Shown: positions 1 through 10,295, numbered from the stretch's first letter. The stretch is DNA of 64,000 nt from Candidatus Zixiibacteriota bacterium (GCA_036396115.1 DASWLN010000168.1:3362-67361), one strand, 5' to 3'. The notes: generated by a model not told the origin, from the letters alone. Numbers and translations: made by a program.

Positions 1-2
1 TA

Positions 3-110
3 AGAGATCACGGATTTCTTAAAAGAATGTCGACCAAAGGAGGAAGGAAAGTATTGCAAAGAAGGAGAGGCAAGAAAAGAAAAAGGTTGACGGTCAAGCC
101 GGGCAGATGA
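3..110 (+). CDS. rpmH: 50S ribosomal protein L34, 5'-truncated at window edge
   Basis: Manual translation from nt 3 gives RDHGFLKRMSTKGGRKVLQRRRGKKRKRLTVKPGR*, matching the conserved L34 C-terminus. Stop TGA 108-110 overlaps the rnpA ATG (ATGA). Not in the ORF track because it is under 60 aa and partial. Confidence 0.6.
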   Translation, partial: RDHGFLKRMSTKGGRKVLQRRRGKKRKRLTVKPGR

Positions 111-442
111 AAGAGTCTTTACCTAAGGTAATCAAGAAGAAAGAGGAAATCGAGGAGACTATCCAGCAGGGAGAAAAAAGAAAAGGGAAGTATCTGCTCG
201 GGTTTGTGCGCCCTTATTCCCAAGAAAATTTTAGCTTCTGTATCTTAATCAATAGAAAGATAAAAAAAGCAGTTGAGCGAAATCGGATAAAAAGGCTTTT
301 AAGGGAGATAGTTCGCAAGAATAAGGAAATTTTCAGAACCAAAGGGAGGATTGCTCTGCTTTACATTTCCAGATCAGCCGAGACGAGCTATTCTGAACTG
401 GAGAATGACCTTAAGGGAATGTTTTATGAGAATGATCGATAA
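107..442 (+). CDS. rnpA: RNase P protein component
   Basis: 111 aa, basic, with motif KAVERNRIKRLLRE typical of RnpA. Position rpmH-rnpA-yidD-yidC. Confidence 0.85.
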   Translation: MKESLPKVIKKKEEIEETIQQGEKRKGKYLLGFVRPYSQENFSFCILINRKIKKAVERNRIKRLLREIVRKNKEIFRTKGRIALLYISRSAETSYSELENDLKGMFYENDR

Positions 443-656
443 GTTTTTGCAAGCGGTCTTAATAGTTATCATACGATTCTATCGATACAGTCTAAGTTAT
501 TTCTTTCCAAGCAGTTGTAGATTTGAACCGAGTTGTTCCGAATATGCCATTTCTGCTTTGAGAAGTTATGGAGTAGTAAAAGGGTCTTGGCTAACGATAA
601 AAAGATTATCCAGGTGCCATCCCTTTCATCCAGGCGGATATGACCCCATAAAATAG
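426..656 (+). CDS. yidD: membrane protein insertion efficiency factor YidD
   Basis: Conserved YidD core FYRYSLSYFFPSSCRFEPSCSEYAISALRSYG...RLSRCHPFHPGGYDP. Likely start is internal (MRMIDKF) overlapping the rnpA stop. Synteny. Confidence 0.8.
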   Translation: MRMIDKFLQAVLIVIIRFYRYSLSYFFPSSCRFEPSCSEYAISALRSYGVVKGSWLTIKRLSRCHPFHPGGYDPIK

Positions 657-666
657 GGAGAGATTT

Positions 667-2319
667 ATGGAAAAGAAAAACCTTTTAGCCTTAGTTCTAA
701 TCAGCCTACTCACTATGGGTTATTTCATCTATACGGGCTCCATTACCCCTAAAGAGCCGAGCCGTCCTTATTCTGCGAAAGGGGGGATTGAAATTGATAC
801 CTCTTCAGTAGGAACCCAGAAATCACCTGAGTTAAAAACGGAGCGCGGGAAGTTTGCTGTTCAGGATACAACCACACCGGAAAAAGTAGTAAAGGTGGAA
901 ACCGACCTTTACAGGGCACATTTCTCAAGTAGGGGCGCGACGTTGAAGAGTTTCTTGCTTAAGCGATATAAATATTCAGAGAATGGAAACCAAATTGAGC
1001 TTATTCCTCAAGATAGTCCGGGAAGTTTGGGCATACTGTTTTCGGATTCGACACTGTTTTCTTTCCAAGTTGACTTAGATAGTCTAATTCTTAATGACGT
1101 AACACAAAGGGGCACAATAACTTTCAATGGTCATGCAAAAGATGGCACAACAATAACAAAAAAATACACCTTCTATAATAACAAATATCATTTCAACTTA
1201 GAGCTCGAAATCTCAGAGGATGGACAGGCTGAATCGAGAAGAGATTATGCTTTGGCTTGGTCATCCGGGCTTGCCTCAACCGAGAAAGATCTAAACGAGG
1301 ACCTGCGCTATTTTGAGGCTTATTCTATGATGGGGCAGCAACTTCGCAGTAGTAAGAAATTCAAAAAGGAAAGTGGTACAGAAATGGATGTGCTGGAGGA
1401 ATCTAATTCTGGCCAGACCGACTGGGTAGCAACCAAAACTAAATATTTCTTGGCTTCAATTGTTCCCCTATCCAAGAAAGGATCAGGCTTTTCAGTTTAC
1501 GGGAAAAGGTGGTTTAGCGGTCAAGAGGGTCAAAGACTTGAGCACAAACAGATAGCTGTCTTCTTGGAGATGCCCTTCGCCAGGGATAGTATAGCAATAG
1601 ACAGTTTCATGGTGTACCTTGGTCCACTGGATTACAATAAATTAAGGAGCTATAAAATAGGACTTGAGAACACGGTTAACTTAGGGTGGAAAATAATCAA
1701 GCCGTTTTCCATTGCCATTCTTTGGATTTTCGTGAACTTGCACAAATTAATTCCTAATTATGGCTTGGTGATAATCATATTTACCATCTTAATGAAGATT
1801 GTGCTCCATCCCCTAACGCATAAGAGCACAAAATCAATGAGTAAGATGCAAGAGCTCCAGCCCAGGATAACAGAACTAAAGGAGAAGCACAAGGACGACA
1901 CTCAAAGGATGAACCAGGAGATGATGAAGCTTTATAAGGAGCAAGGAGTTAACCCTCTGGGCGGATGCCTGCCTTTATTGCTCCAGATGCCCTTGTTTTA
2001 TGGTCTGTTCGTGATCTTCCAAAGCACCATTGAGCTGAGAGGAGCAGAATTTGCTTGGTGGCTGAAGGATTTGTCGCAAAAGGACCCCTACTTTATCCTT
2101 CCTTTAATTATGTCAGTAGCTATGTTCTGGCAGCAGAAGATAACCATAAGAGATCCCAAGCAAAAGATGATGGTCTATCTTATGCCCATACTATTCTTCT
2201 TCCTTTTCAAAGGCTTCCCCGCAGGCTTGACCCTTTATTGGACACTCTTCAATATCCTCTCTTTGGCTGAACAGTATTACCTTAAAGCCAAACATGCCAG
2301 CGAAGCAGTTTCCGCATGA
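667..2319 (+). CDS. yidC: membrane protein insertase YidC
   Basis: 550 aa with an N-terminal TM, a large periplasmic domain and a conserved C-terminal 5-TM Oxa1/YidC core (NPLGGCLPLLLQMPLFYGLF..., basic tail). Synteny. Confidence 0.9.
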   Translation: MEKKNLLALVLISLLTMGYFIYTGSITPKEPSRPYSAKGGIEIDTSSVGTQKSPELKTERGKFAVQDTTTPEKVVKVETDLYRAHFSSRGATLKSFLLKRYKYSENGNQIELIPQDSPGSLGILFSDSTLFSFQVDLDSLILNDVTQRGTITFNGHAKDGTTITKKYTFYNNKYHFNLELEISEDGQAESRRDYALAWSSGLASTEKDLNEDLRYFEAYSMMGQQLRSSKKFKKESGTEMDVLEESNSGQTDWVATKTKYFLASIVPLSKKGSGFSVYGKRWFSGQEGQRLEHKQIAVFLEMPFARDSIAIDSFMVYLGPLDYNKLRSYKIGLENTVNLGWKIIKPFSIAILWIFVNLHKLIPNYGLVIIIFTILMKIVLHPLTHKSTKSMSKMQELQPRITELKEKHKDDTQRMNQEMMKLYKEQGVNPLGGCLPLLLQMPLFYGLFVIFQSTIELRGAEFAWWLKDLSQKDPYFILPLIMSVAMFWQQKITIRDPKQKMMVYLMPILFFFLFKGFPAGLTLYWTLFNILSLAEQYYLKAKHASEAVSA

Positions 2320-3709
2320 AAAAAAAAATTTCAAAGCCGGCAGTGATACTATTGCCGCCATTTCCACTCCTCCAGGAGAAGGCGGAATAGGCATTGTTCG
2401 GCTCTCCGGCAACGACTCCTTCAAAATCGCAGACAAGCTCTTCGCAGGCAAGACCCTGCCCAGCCAGATGAAAAGCCATACTGTCTGTTTTGGAAAACTG
2501 ATGGATGCCACAAGCAGCGAATTGTTAGATGAGGTGCTGGTGACCGTATTGCGTTCCCCTAATAGCTACACTTGTGAGGATATGGTGGAGATAAGTTGTC
2601 ACGGAGGCGGTTTGGTTCTATCCAAAATATTAGAGCAAACGCTCAGATGCGGAGCAAGATTAGCCAATCCCGGAGAGTTCACCCTGAGAGCTTTTTTAAA
2701 TGGAAGAATGGACTTGGCTCAGGCTGAAGCCGTGGTTGATATAATCCGGGCAAAGACAGATTCAAGTTTGAAAGTTGCCCTGCAGAATTTGGAAGGTAAG
2801 CTCTCAAAAAAACTAAATCATTGCCGTGAAAGACTAATCGATATATTGGCAGAGATAGAGTTAGGAGTGGATTTCATTGAGGAAGATGTTGAGGAATTAG
2901 ATAGAAAAAAGATAACCAAGAAGATAACCGAACTGGAAATAGATATAAAGAATCTCTTGGACAGCTATGTTGAAGGCCGCATTTTAAGAGAGGGATTGAA
3001 TGTTGTTATTGTGGGAAGCCCCAATGTTGGCAAATCAAGTCTTTTGAATGCGTTCTTAGGGAAAGACAGGGCAATTGTAACTCCGATTCCAGGAACGACC
3101 AGAGACACAATAGAAGAATTCGTTAGCATAAAAGGGATTCCAGTAAGACTGGTTGATACTGCCGGGTTCCATATCTCTAAGAACAAAATAGAATTAGAGG
3201 GGATAAGAAGGGCGAAAGTTGAGATAGATAAGGCAGACCTTGTGGTTTGGGTTGTTGATTTGTCAAAGAAACTTAGTGAAAATGAGAGAAAGTTAGAAGA
3301 ATTAATTTCCAAGTATAAGTATGTCGTGGCACTAAATAAGATCGATATAGCTTCAAGTCGAACTGTAAAGAAAATGCTGGCAGAATTCAAAAAAAGAGAT
3401 GTTATGAGAATATCGGCATTGCAATCCATTGGTATTAAAAACCTTAGAGATTTCATTATTTCTTCCTTTATAGGCAAGACTAAATCAGAGAACAACCTGA
3501 TTATCTCCAATTTAAGACATAAGCAATTATTAGAAAAGAGCTTAGAGAATTTGAAAAGGGCAAAAGAAAGTCTTGAAAAGGGAATGAGTCCTGAATTCGT
3601 TGCTCTTGATCTAAGAATGGCGCTTGACTCTATTGGTGAGATAGTTGGAAAAGTGGTTACAGATGATATCTTAAATCGAATATTCTCCAAATTTTGTGTA
3701 GGTAAGTGA
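2294..3709 (+). CDS. mnmE: tRNA modification GTPase MnmE
   Basis: DTIAAISTPPGEGGIGIVRLSG N-domain, G-domain motifs GSPNVGKSSL/DTAGF/NKID and the C-terminal CxGK tetrapeptide (CVGK). Confidence 0.9.
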   Translation: MPAKQFPHEKKNFKAGSDTIAAISTPPGEGGIGIVRLSGNDSFKIADKLFAGKTLPSQMKSHTVCFGKLMDATSSELLDEVLVTVLRSPNSYTCEDMVEISCHGGGLVLSKILEQTLRCGARLANPGEFTLRAFLNGRMDLAQAEAVVDIIRAKTDSSLKVALQNLEGKLSKKLNHCRERLIDILAEIELGVDFIEEDVEELDRKKITKKITELEIDIKNLLDSYVEGRILREGLNVVIVGSPNVGKSSLLNAFLGKDRAIVTPIPGTTRDTIEEFVSIKGIPVRLVDTAGFHISKNKIELEGIRRAKVEIDKADLVVWVVDLSKKLSENERKLEELISKYKYVVALNKIDIASSRTVKKMLAEFKKRDVMRISALQSIGIKNLRDFIISSFIGKTKSENNLIISNLRHKQLLEKSLENLKRAKESLEKGMSPEFVALDLRMALDSIGEIVGKVVTDDILNRIFSKFCVGK

Positions 3710-3832
3710 AGCCTCCCCGTGATAAATCACGGAGCTTCCCAAATATGAAAGGCCCTCGGCTTCCCTCGGCTTCGCCGAGAGGCGAGCGAGACTTTCTGGT
3801 AGAGGCGAGTAATTATAATATAAGATGTTACA

Positions 3833-5719
3833 ATGATAATCTATAAAGAAGAATATGAAGTGATTGTGGTCGGTGCTGGCCATGCTGGTTGTGAGGCTGC
3901 GCTTGCCACATCCCGTATGGGTCACAAAACCCTACTTCTGACAATGAATAAAGAGGCGATTGCTCAAATGTCTTGCAATCCGGCAGTTGGTGGTCAGGCA
4001 AAAGGGCATTTAGTCAGAGAGATAGATGCATTAGGTGGAGAGATTGGGTTTAATACAGATAAGGCAGCTGTTCAACTAAAGGTTCTAAACAAGAGAAAGG
4101 GTCCTGCAGTTTGGTCAACCAGGGCACAGTGCGATCGCACAGCATATCGTGTTGCTATGCGGCAGGTGCTTGAAAGTCAGCCGAATCTCTGGGTAAAACA
4201 AGGAAATATAATTGAGATATTGGCTGACAAGAACAAAGCAAAAGGAGTATTGACCGAGACCGGAACCGCCTATTTAGGCAAAATCCTTATTCTCTGTGTG
4301 GGGACATTTTTAAACGGCTTGATCCATATAGGACTTACGAAATTTGAAGCCGGAAGGATGGGCGAATTTCCAGCAAGAGGGATAACTGAAAATCTGATTA
4401 AACTCGGTTTTGAAGCGGGAAGACTTAAAACCGGTACTCCACCAAGACTAGATGGAAAGACAATTGATTTTGAAAAGACGGAAATCCAATGGGGAGATGA
4501 AAATCCAACCCCATTTTCTCTGAGAACTAACAAATTATCCTTCAAGGACTTACCCTGTTTTTTGACTTATACAAATTCGGATACACACAAATTCATATTG
4601 AAAAACTTAGATCGCTCACCTCTTTACAGCGGGATTATAAAGGGCATCGGACCACGCTATTGTCCCTCAATTGAAGATAAAGTTGTAAGATTCAAAGAGA
4701 AGCCGAGACATCAGCTTTTTCTTGAACCAGAAGGTTATAACACAAATGAATACTATCTAAATGGGTTTGCCACAAGCCTGCCTGAAGATGTCCAGCTTTC
4801 CGCTTTAAGAACAGTGGCAGGCTTGGAAAAAGTGGAGATGACCAGGCCCGGATATGCGATTGAGTATGATTTCTTCCCTCCGATTCAACTGAAGAACAGT
4901 TTGGAAACAAAGTTGATTGAAAACCTTTTCTTTGCCGGGCAACTAAACGGGACTTCCGGATATGAGGAGGCAGCAGCACAGGGCATAGTGGCAGGCATAA
5001 ATGCCGGTCTGAAATTAGAAGAAGAAGAGGCATTTGTGTTGGACCGAAGTCAGGCTTATATTGGTGTCCTGATAGATGATTTGATAACCAAAGGGACAAG
5101 CGAGCCTTACCGTATGTTCACCTCCCGGGCTGAGTATCGACTCCTTCTAAGAGAGGATAATGCGGACCAGAGGTTAACAGAATATGGGCATAAATTCGAC
5201 TTAATAGATAAGGAAATATACTCTCGAGTTAAGATCAAGATGAAGAATATAGAGGAGGAAAGAGGAAGGCTCAAAAGGACTTACACTAAACTCTCCTTTT
5301 TTAATCTTGAGTCCGACAATAACAAGAGAATATCTTTAGCTGATGCCTTAAAGATTCCGGGTATAACTTACGAGAATTTGGCTAAGGTGGACAAGGCCAG
5401 CCAGAGCATTTCTCCTCATGTAGCTTTGCAAGTAGAGTTGGAGACTAAATATGAGGGGTATATCAAAAGACAGGAAGAAGAGGTGGCGAAATTCAGAAGG
5501 CTTGAGAATATGGTTATTCCACAAGATTTTGATTATCAAGGACTTAGTGGTTTCAAGAAAGAGGCTTTGGAAAAGTTAAATAAAATCAAGCCAGTTTCAG
5601 TTGGTCAGGCTTCGCGCATATCCGGCGTCTCACCAGGTGATATTGCAGTTCTCTTGGTCCACCTGAAGCGTCATAAAGAGGGGAAAGTTTCACGTGAAAC
5701 AAAGACATTTTTGATATAG
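3833..5719 (+). CDS. mnmG: tRNA uridine 5-carboxymethylaminomethyl modification enzyme MnmG (GidA)
   Basis: 628 aa with an FAD-binding N-terminus YEVIVVGAGHAGCEAALA. Globally GidA-like. Confidence 0.95.
   Translation: MIIYKEEYEVIVVGAGHAGCEAALATSRMGHKTLLLTMNKEAIAQMSCNPAVGGQAKGHLVREIDALGGEIGFNTDKAAVQLKVLNKRKGPAVWSTRAQCDRTAYRVAMRQVLESQPNLWVKQGNIIEILADKNKAKGVLTETGTAYLGKILILCVGTFLNGLIHIGLTKFEAGRMGEFPARGITENLIKLGFEAGRLKTGTPPRLDGKTIDFEKTEIQWGDENPTPFSLRTNKLSFKDLPCFLTYTNSDTHKFILKNLDRSPLYSGIIKGIGPRYCPSIEDKVVRFKEKPRHQLFLEPEGYNTNEYYLNGFATSLPEDVQLSALRTVAGLEKVEMTRPGYAIEYDFFPPIQLKNSLETKLIENLFFAGQLNGTSGYEEAAAQGIVAGINAGLKLEEEEAFVLDRSQAYIGVLIDDLITKGTSEPYRMFTSRAEYRLLLREDNADQRLTEYGHKFDLIDKEIYSRVKIKMKNIEEERGRLKRTYTKLSFFNLESDNNKRISLADALKIPGITYENLAKVDKASQSISPHVALQVELETKYEGYIKRQEEEVAKFRRLENMVIPQDFDYQGLSGFKKEALEKLNKIKPVSVGQASRISGVSPGDIAVLLVHLKRHKEGKVSRETKTFLI
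5686..5701. promoter_or_regulatory. parS-like centromere site (aGTTTCACGTGAAACa), 15/16 match to the tGTTTCACGTGAAACa consensus
   Basis: Perfect 14-bp palindromic core GTTTCACGTGAAAC seen directly in the sequence. Lies in the 3' end of mnmG, ~1.6 kb upstream of parAB. Confidence 0.75.
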
Positions 5720-5934
5720 AAAATCGTAGGCGACCCATATGGGTCGCTTTCTTTGGAGTGCATCCTACGGATGCCGCATCGTCACGGACGGGGCACTCCA
5801 TATATAAAAAATGGATTCCCGCCTTCGCCATGCACGAACGGTGCAGGGTTTTCGCTGGAAGGACATAAAAATACGACATAAAAATTAAGCCAGCAATTTA
5901 ATTGACCGATAATTTCTATAACAGGGAGGTAATT

Positions 5935-6438
5935 ATGAATGAGAAATTCTATTATTCAAAAAGATTCTTGCGGGGGATGCTAGTTCTTGGGATTGGTTCG
6001 ATGTTCATATGTATAACTACAGTAGTGCTTGTGTCCATAAAGGACCTACCCTTCATATCAACGGAAAATCTATTATATTCCTTGCAATTCATATGCTTTG
6101 CCATTGTTGCTGCTGGGTCTTTTAGGATCCTCTTTAAGGTGAAGAGTAAGCCTGCAATTACTATAACGGACAACAAGATAGTCTTTGGGCCATATATTGT
6201 TAAGAGATTTTTTGGTGATGGTAGAAAGTTAGAACTTAACTTCGGACAGATTATTTCAGCTGTTGTAATAGACAATTGGAATATTTTTGTCCGCCCTCTT
6301 TTTGGTAAAAGGAAAGATATTGAGGTGAAATTCAAAATAGACGACGATAAAGTGAGGTCGTTTCATATCTATCTCAGTGTAGTCGACAACCCAGAAAGAC
6401 TAATTGAAATCCTCAAGCAGCACATAAAATTTGTGTGA
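5935..6438 (+). CDS. hypothetical small membrane protein (paralog of 20004..20543)
   Basis: N-terminal 2-TM segment plus a soluble domain. Shares EKFYY...ITDNKIV/ITDEKIV...L(I/V)(E/D)ILKQ with the ORF at 20004. Likely start at MNEKFYY. Confidence 0.5.
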   Translation: MNEKFYYSKRFLRGMLVLGIGSMFICITTVVLVSIKDLPFISTENLLYSLQFICFAIVAAGSFRILFKVKSKPAITITDNKIVFGPYIVKRFFGDGRKLELNFGQIISAVVIDNWNIFVRPLFGKRKDIEVKFKIDDDKVRSFHIYLSVVDNPERLIEILKQHIKFV

Positions 6439-6450
6439 ATTAGCGGTTAC

Positions 6451-6479
6451 GTAGGAACAGAACAGTGTTCTGTTCCTAC
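6451..6479. repeat. REP-like palindrome variant GTAGGAACAGAACAGTGTTCTGTTCCTAC
   Basis: Perfect inverted repeat. Same GTAGG(G)A...TCCCTAC architecture as the copies at 20436, 25034, 41731 and in the island clusters. Confidence 0.7.
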
Positions 6480-6603
6480 AAAAAGAAACCATAGCGATTT
6501 TTTGGAGTATCCCGCCTTTGGCGGGACCAAGAAAAAATAAAGCTAAGGCTTTATAGTCCAACTTCTTAGGTAGAACATAAAAGTCCTACGGATAAAAGGA
6601 AAA

Positions 6604-6619
6604 AGTTTCACGTGAAACT
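6604..6619. promoter_or_regulatory. second parS-like site (AGTTTCACGTGAAACT)
   Basis: Same 14-bp core palindrome. Its central CGTG contains the GTG start of rsmG. Confidence 0.7.
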
Positions 6620-7280
6620 TGAAACTTTAAAGGTTGTCTCCTCAGAGTGGGGAGCACCTCTTTCTTCAGAACAAATAGCTAAACTCTCTATTTTCGTTGA
6701 ACATCTCTTGGCTTGGAGTAGGCGGTTTAACCTAATCTCCAAAAAAGACTCGAACATAGAGGCCATCACCAAACATATCCTCGACTCATTAACCCTCCTT
6801 AGGTTTATATCTATCCCTCGGAATGCTAAAATCATAGATATCGGCTCAGGGGCTGGCTTTCCAGGCATCCCCCTAAAAATTGCCAGAGAAGATTTAGATT
6901 TCAGTTTGGTGGAGTCAACTCACAAGAAATTCTTATTCTTGAAGGATATTGCCCAGAAACTTGAATTATCCAATTTTTGTATTTTTAACCAAAGAGCAGA
7001 GGAGTTATCCGGCTGCGATGAATTCAAAAACAAATACGATTTCGCAACTGCGAAGGCATTGACCGACCTGACTGGAACAGTTAAGATTTGCTTCCCTTTT
7101 CTTAAGAAGGGAGGAGCCTTAATCGCTTACAAAGGAGAGAAATTAGAACAGGAGCTAAAAGAGCTAAAACAAAGGGTTAGAGAAGAAGCATTTGAAGTCA
7201 CAAAAAGAGAGACGATTTTCATTTCCAAGATAAATCTGAAAAGAAACCTGGTGGCTATTGAAAAAAGACTTGATTTTTAA
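6612..7280 (+). CDS. rsmG: 16S rRNA (guanine527-N7)-methyltransferase RsmG (GidB)
   Basis: LLAWSRRFNLIS motif and SAM-binding IDIGSGAGFPGIPLKI. Synteny after mnmG. Confidence 0.85.
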   Translation: MKLETLKVVSSEWGAPLSSEQIAKLSIFVEHLLAWSRRFNLISKKDSNIEAITKHILDSLTLLRFISIPRNAKIIDIGSGAGFPGIPLKIAREDLDFSLVESTHKKFLFLKDIAQKLELSNFCIFNQRAEELSGCDEFKNKYDFATAKALTDLTGTVKICFPFLKKGGALIAYKGEKLEQELKELKQRVREEAFEVTKRETIFISKINLKRNLVAIEKRLDF

Positions 7281-7324
7281 AGGGAAGTTCATTTATCTTG
7301 CTAGTTATTGGATAGGAGTACCGA

Positions 7325-8086
7325 TTGGGGAAAATAATTGCAATCACAAATCAAAAAGGGGGAGTGGGGAAAACCACCACTGCGGTTAATTTAGCTTCCT
7401 GTTTAGCGGTGGCTGAAAAAAGAACATTGCTTGTGGATATCGATCCCCAAGCCAACAGCACCAGCGGTATTGGTTTGGATAAGAACAAGTTAGATAAGAC
7501 CATATACGAAGTTTTAATCAACGAAACCGCGATTGAAGATGTAATCCGTAAAACCGAAATACCATTTTTGGAAGTTGCCCCCTCTCATTTGAGACTGGTT
7601 GGAGCTGAAATTGAATTGGTGAATATGTTTGCACGGGAAAAAAAACTTGCAAGCGCACTGGAGCCGATAAAGAATAAATACGACTTCATTATTGTTGATT
7701 GTCCCCCTTCTCTGGGCCTTTTGACCTTGAACACCTTGACTGCGGCTGATTCAGTTTTAATCCCCATCCAGTGTGAATATTACGCCTTAGAAGGATTAGG
7801 GCAATTGCTTAATACTATAAAACTTGTCCAAAGACATCTCAACCCAAGTTTGAAAATCGAGGGAGTTCTTTTGACTATGTATGACAGTCGGCTTAACCTT
7901 TCCAAGCAAGTGGCAGAAGAGGTAAGAAAACATTTTTCAGACAAAGTGTACAAGACTGTAATCAGTCGTAACGTCAGGCTTTCCGAAGCTCCCAGCTTTG
8001 GCAAACCGATTATCCTTTACGATATCCTTTCAACCGGAGCAGAAAATTATATAAACTTAACCAAGGAAATATTAGATCATGAGTAA
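7325..8086 (+). CDS. parA: chromosome partitioning ATPase ParA/Soj
   Basis: Deviant Walker [15 protein letters not shown]. Full-length ParA similarity. TTG start. Confidence 0.9.
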   Translation: MGKIIAITNQKGGVGKTTTAVNLASCLAVAEKRTLLVDIDPQANSTSGIGLDKNKLDKTIYEVLINETAIEDVIRKTEIPFLEVAPSHLRLVGAEIELVNMFAREKKLASALEPIKNKYDFIIVDCPPSLGLLTLNTLTAADSVLIPIQCEYYALEGLGQLLNTIKLVQRHLNPSLKIEGVLLTMYDSRLNLSKQVAEEVRKHFSDKVYKTVISRNVRLSEAPSFGKPIILYDILSTGAENYINLTKEILDHE

Positions 8087-8930
8087 AACAGTATTAGGTA
8101 AAGGAATTGAGGCTTTGATTCCTGGTCTTCCCGAGGATAAGTTTGAGGGAAAAGGGAATCTGATTCAACTTGAAATCAAGAAAGTAAAACCAAATCCGTA
8201 TCAGCCGCGAGGCGCCTTCGACCAAACAAAGTTGGAGGAACTGGTTGACTCTATCCGGCAGAGGGGTTTGGTTCAGCCCTTAGTGGTCAGGCGAAAAGAG
8301 GACGGGTTTGAATTGGTAGTTGGAGAGAGAAGACTTTTGGCAGCCCAGAAGGCAGGATTGAATTTCGTGCCGGCGCTCCTGTTGGATAAACTGACCAAAC
8401 AGGAAATGATGGAGATGGCTTTGGTGGAGAATATCCAAAGAGAGGATTTAAATCCAATTGACCAAGCCAAAGGATACAGCCGACTCATAACCGAATGCGG
8501 GGTTTCCCAGAAAGAGCTTTCCAAAAGAATTGGCAAGGACCGCTCCTCTGTTTCTAACATCTTGCGGCTCTTGAACTTACCTGACAAAATACAGCGATAT
8601 CTGTCAGAAGGCAAGCTTTCCGAGGGGCATGCCAGAGCCATTTTGGCGATTCCAGATAAGAAGAGCCAAATATCTTTGGCAGAAAGGATCGTAAGACAGG
8701 GTTTATCTGTGCGCAGAGCTGAAGAGCTTGTTTATAAAAGAAAAGAGGCAAGAAAGGGAACAAAAAAGTACAAGACATCAAAATATTCTGATTTGGAAGA
8801 TAGATTAAGGGAATACCTTAAAACAGCGGTTAAAATTAGTCAGAAACAAGGAAAAGGTAGAATTGAAATAGAATTTTACTCAGAAGAGGATTTAGGTCGA
8901 ATTCTTGAGTTATTCAATTTGAAGATTTGA
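8079..8930 (+). CDS. parB: chromosome partitioning protein ParB/Spo0J
   Basis: ParB box [28 protein letters not shown], an HTH and a C-terminal dimerisation domain. Overlaps the parA stop. Confidence 0.9.
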   Translation: MSKTVLGKGIEALIPGLPEDKFEGKGNLIQLEIKKVKPNPYQPRGAFDQTKLEELVDSIRQRGLVQPLVVRRKEDGFELVVGERRLLAAQKAGLNFVPALLLDKLTKQEMMEMALVENIQREDLNPIDQAKGYSRLITECGVSQKELSKRIGKDRSSVSNILRLLNLPDKIQRYLSEGKLSEGHARAILAIPDKKSQISLAERIVRQGLSVRRAEELVYKRKEARKGTKKYKTSKYSDLEDRLREYLKTAVKISQKQGKGRIEIEFYSEEDLGRILELFNLKI

Positions 8931-8931
8931 T

Positions 8932-9708
8932 ATGCCAAGAAGGTATGTTAATTTTATCATAGTTCCTGAAGATAAATCAGAAGGAATAAAGCTTAGATTG
9001 TCAACTCTGGCTGTGAAGTTCCTCTTGGGAATTATCCTGGTGGTAGTCGTGGTAATGGCTATTATGTCGATATTTTATGTCAAGGCATTATCTATTGCTA
9101 TGTTGAACAATGAGTTGAAAAAAGAGAATCAAAGGCTGAGAGAATATAACTCCAAGGTTGTGCAAATGGAGAAGGAGCTCGAGGACTACAGGTCATTTTT
9201 CTCTAGAGTTGCGAATTTAGCTGGCGTTGATCAAGATTTGATAGCTAAGAATGGAGAGAGGGTGGCTCAAGTGTTGGGAAATACGTTGGATTCCACAGTT
9301 GACTACTCTATCGGTCCGCAGGAGGTGGACACTCAAGTTGCAGATATTCCGAGCGGCTTGCCTTTGGGGGGATGGATTAGTAGAGATTTTAGCACCGAGC
9401 ATAAGGCTATAGATATTGCAGCAAAGGAGGGAACCGAGGTAAAAGCAGCTGCAGATGGAGTAGTCAAATTCGTTGGCTGGGACGAAACCTTTGGCAACCT
9501 GATTATTCTAAAACATAAAGGCGATATTGAGACCTATTATGGACATAACCAGAAGATTTTAGTAAAGCCCAATCAGAAAGTGAAAAAGGGAGAGACGATC
9601 TCGCTATCAGGAAACACAGGCAAAAGCACAGCCCCGCACTTACATTATGAAATTAAAAAGGATGATAAATCAGTTAATCCCTGGAACTATATGGGGAAGA
9701 AACGCTAG
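8932..9708 (+). CDS. M23 family metallopeptidase with N-terminal TM and coiled coil (EnvC/LytM-like)
   Basis: M23 motifs HKAIDIAA...GNTG.STAPHLHYEI. Confidence 0.85.
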   Translation: MPRRYVNFIIVPEDKSEGIKLRLSTLAVKFLLGIILVVVVVMAIMSIFYVKALSIAMLNNELKKENQRLREYNSKVVQMEKELEDYRSFFSRVANLAGVDQDLIAKNGERVAQVLGNTLDSTVDYSIGPQEVDTQVADIPSGLPLGGWISRDFSTEHKAIDIAAKEGTEVKAAADGVVKFVGWDETFGNLIILKHKGDIETYYGHNQKILVKPNQKVKKGETISLSGNTGKSTAPHLHYEIKKDDKSVNPWNYMGKKR

Positions 9709-9737
9709 AGGTCAAAATGCAAAAAAGGAAGGAAAAA

Positions 9738-10073
9738 ATGGAGGGAGGGTTAAATACCTTTGTGGGCAAAGGTTCAACTATCAATGGTGAGTTGGAAGTG
9801 GCGGGTGGTGTCAGGATAGACGGGACAGTTAAGGGAAAGGTGACGGCAAGCGAGACAGTTATAGTTGGAGCAGAGGGGATTATTGAAGCGGATATTGATA
9901 CTAAGATTACGGTGGTGGGTGGAAGGGTGTCCGGAGTAATTACTGCTCTGGATAAAGTGGAGCTCCAGTCTAAGTCAATGATAATCGGGGATATCACAAC
10001 TAAGAATCTGGTAGTTGAGCAGGGAGCGATTTTTCACGGAAAATGCAATATGAAAGAAGGGATGACAGAATAG
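9738..10073 (+). CDS. bactofilin family cytoskeletal protein
   Basis: DUF583-type beta-helical repeats (GELEVAGGVRIDGTVKGKV..., VVGGRVSGVI...). Size ~110 aa. Confidence 0.8.
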   Translation: MEGGLNTFVGKGSTINGELEVAGGVRIDGTVKGKVTASETVIVGAEGIIEADIDTKITVVGGRVSGVITALDKVELQSKSMIIGDITTKNLVVEQGAIFHGKCNMKEGMTE

Positions 10074-10295
10074 AGGTATAAAAGGTAGTGTTTTTGTTGA
10101 TAAGTAACGAGCCTTTGTGGAAATCAGAGTAACTATTTGATAGATCTTGTCTTAAATGAATGTTACTTAGAAGAAAAACAAAGGGTTATCCACATAGATT
10201 CTGGTAAGTCAAGGCAGATTTGATAATTACTCAATCTTTGAAAATCTTAAAATTAACTGAATACCTCAACTCGTTACATATTAAGGACTAAGTTG

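Noticed and set aside
505-535. tRNA-like T-loop motif (GATTTGAACC, reverse complement GGTTCAAATC) suggesting a minus-strand tRNA
   Set aside because: It lies inside the most conserved part of yidD (codes ...CRFEPSCSEY...) and has no acceptor/anticodon stem pairing. A coincidental match.
2965-3690. Long antisense ORFs inside conserved genes (e.g. 2965..3690- in mnmE, 4692..5099- in mnmG, 18511..18882+ in rarA, 35101..35511-)
   Set aside because: They overlap high-confidence conserved CDS on the opposite strand, have low-complexity S/L/P-rich translations and no RBS. They are the shadow ORFs expected in coding regions.
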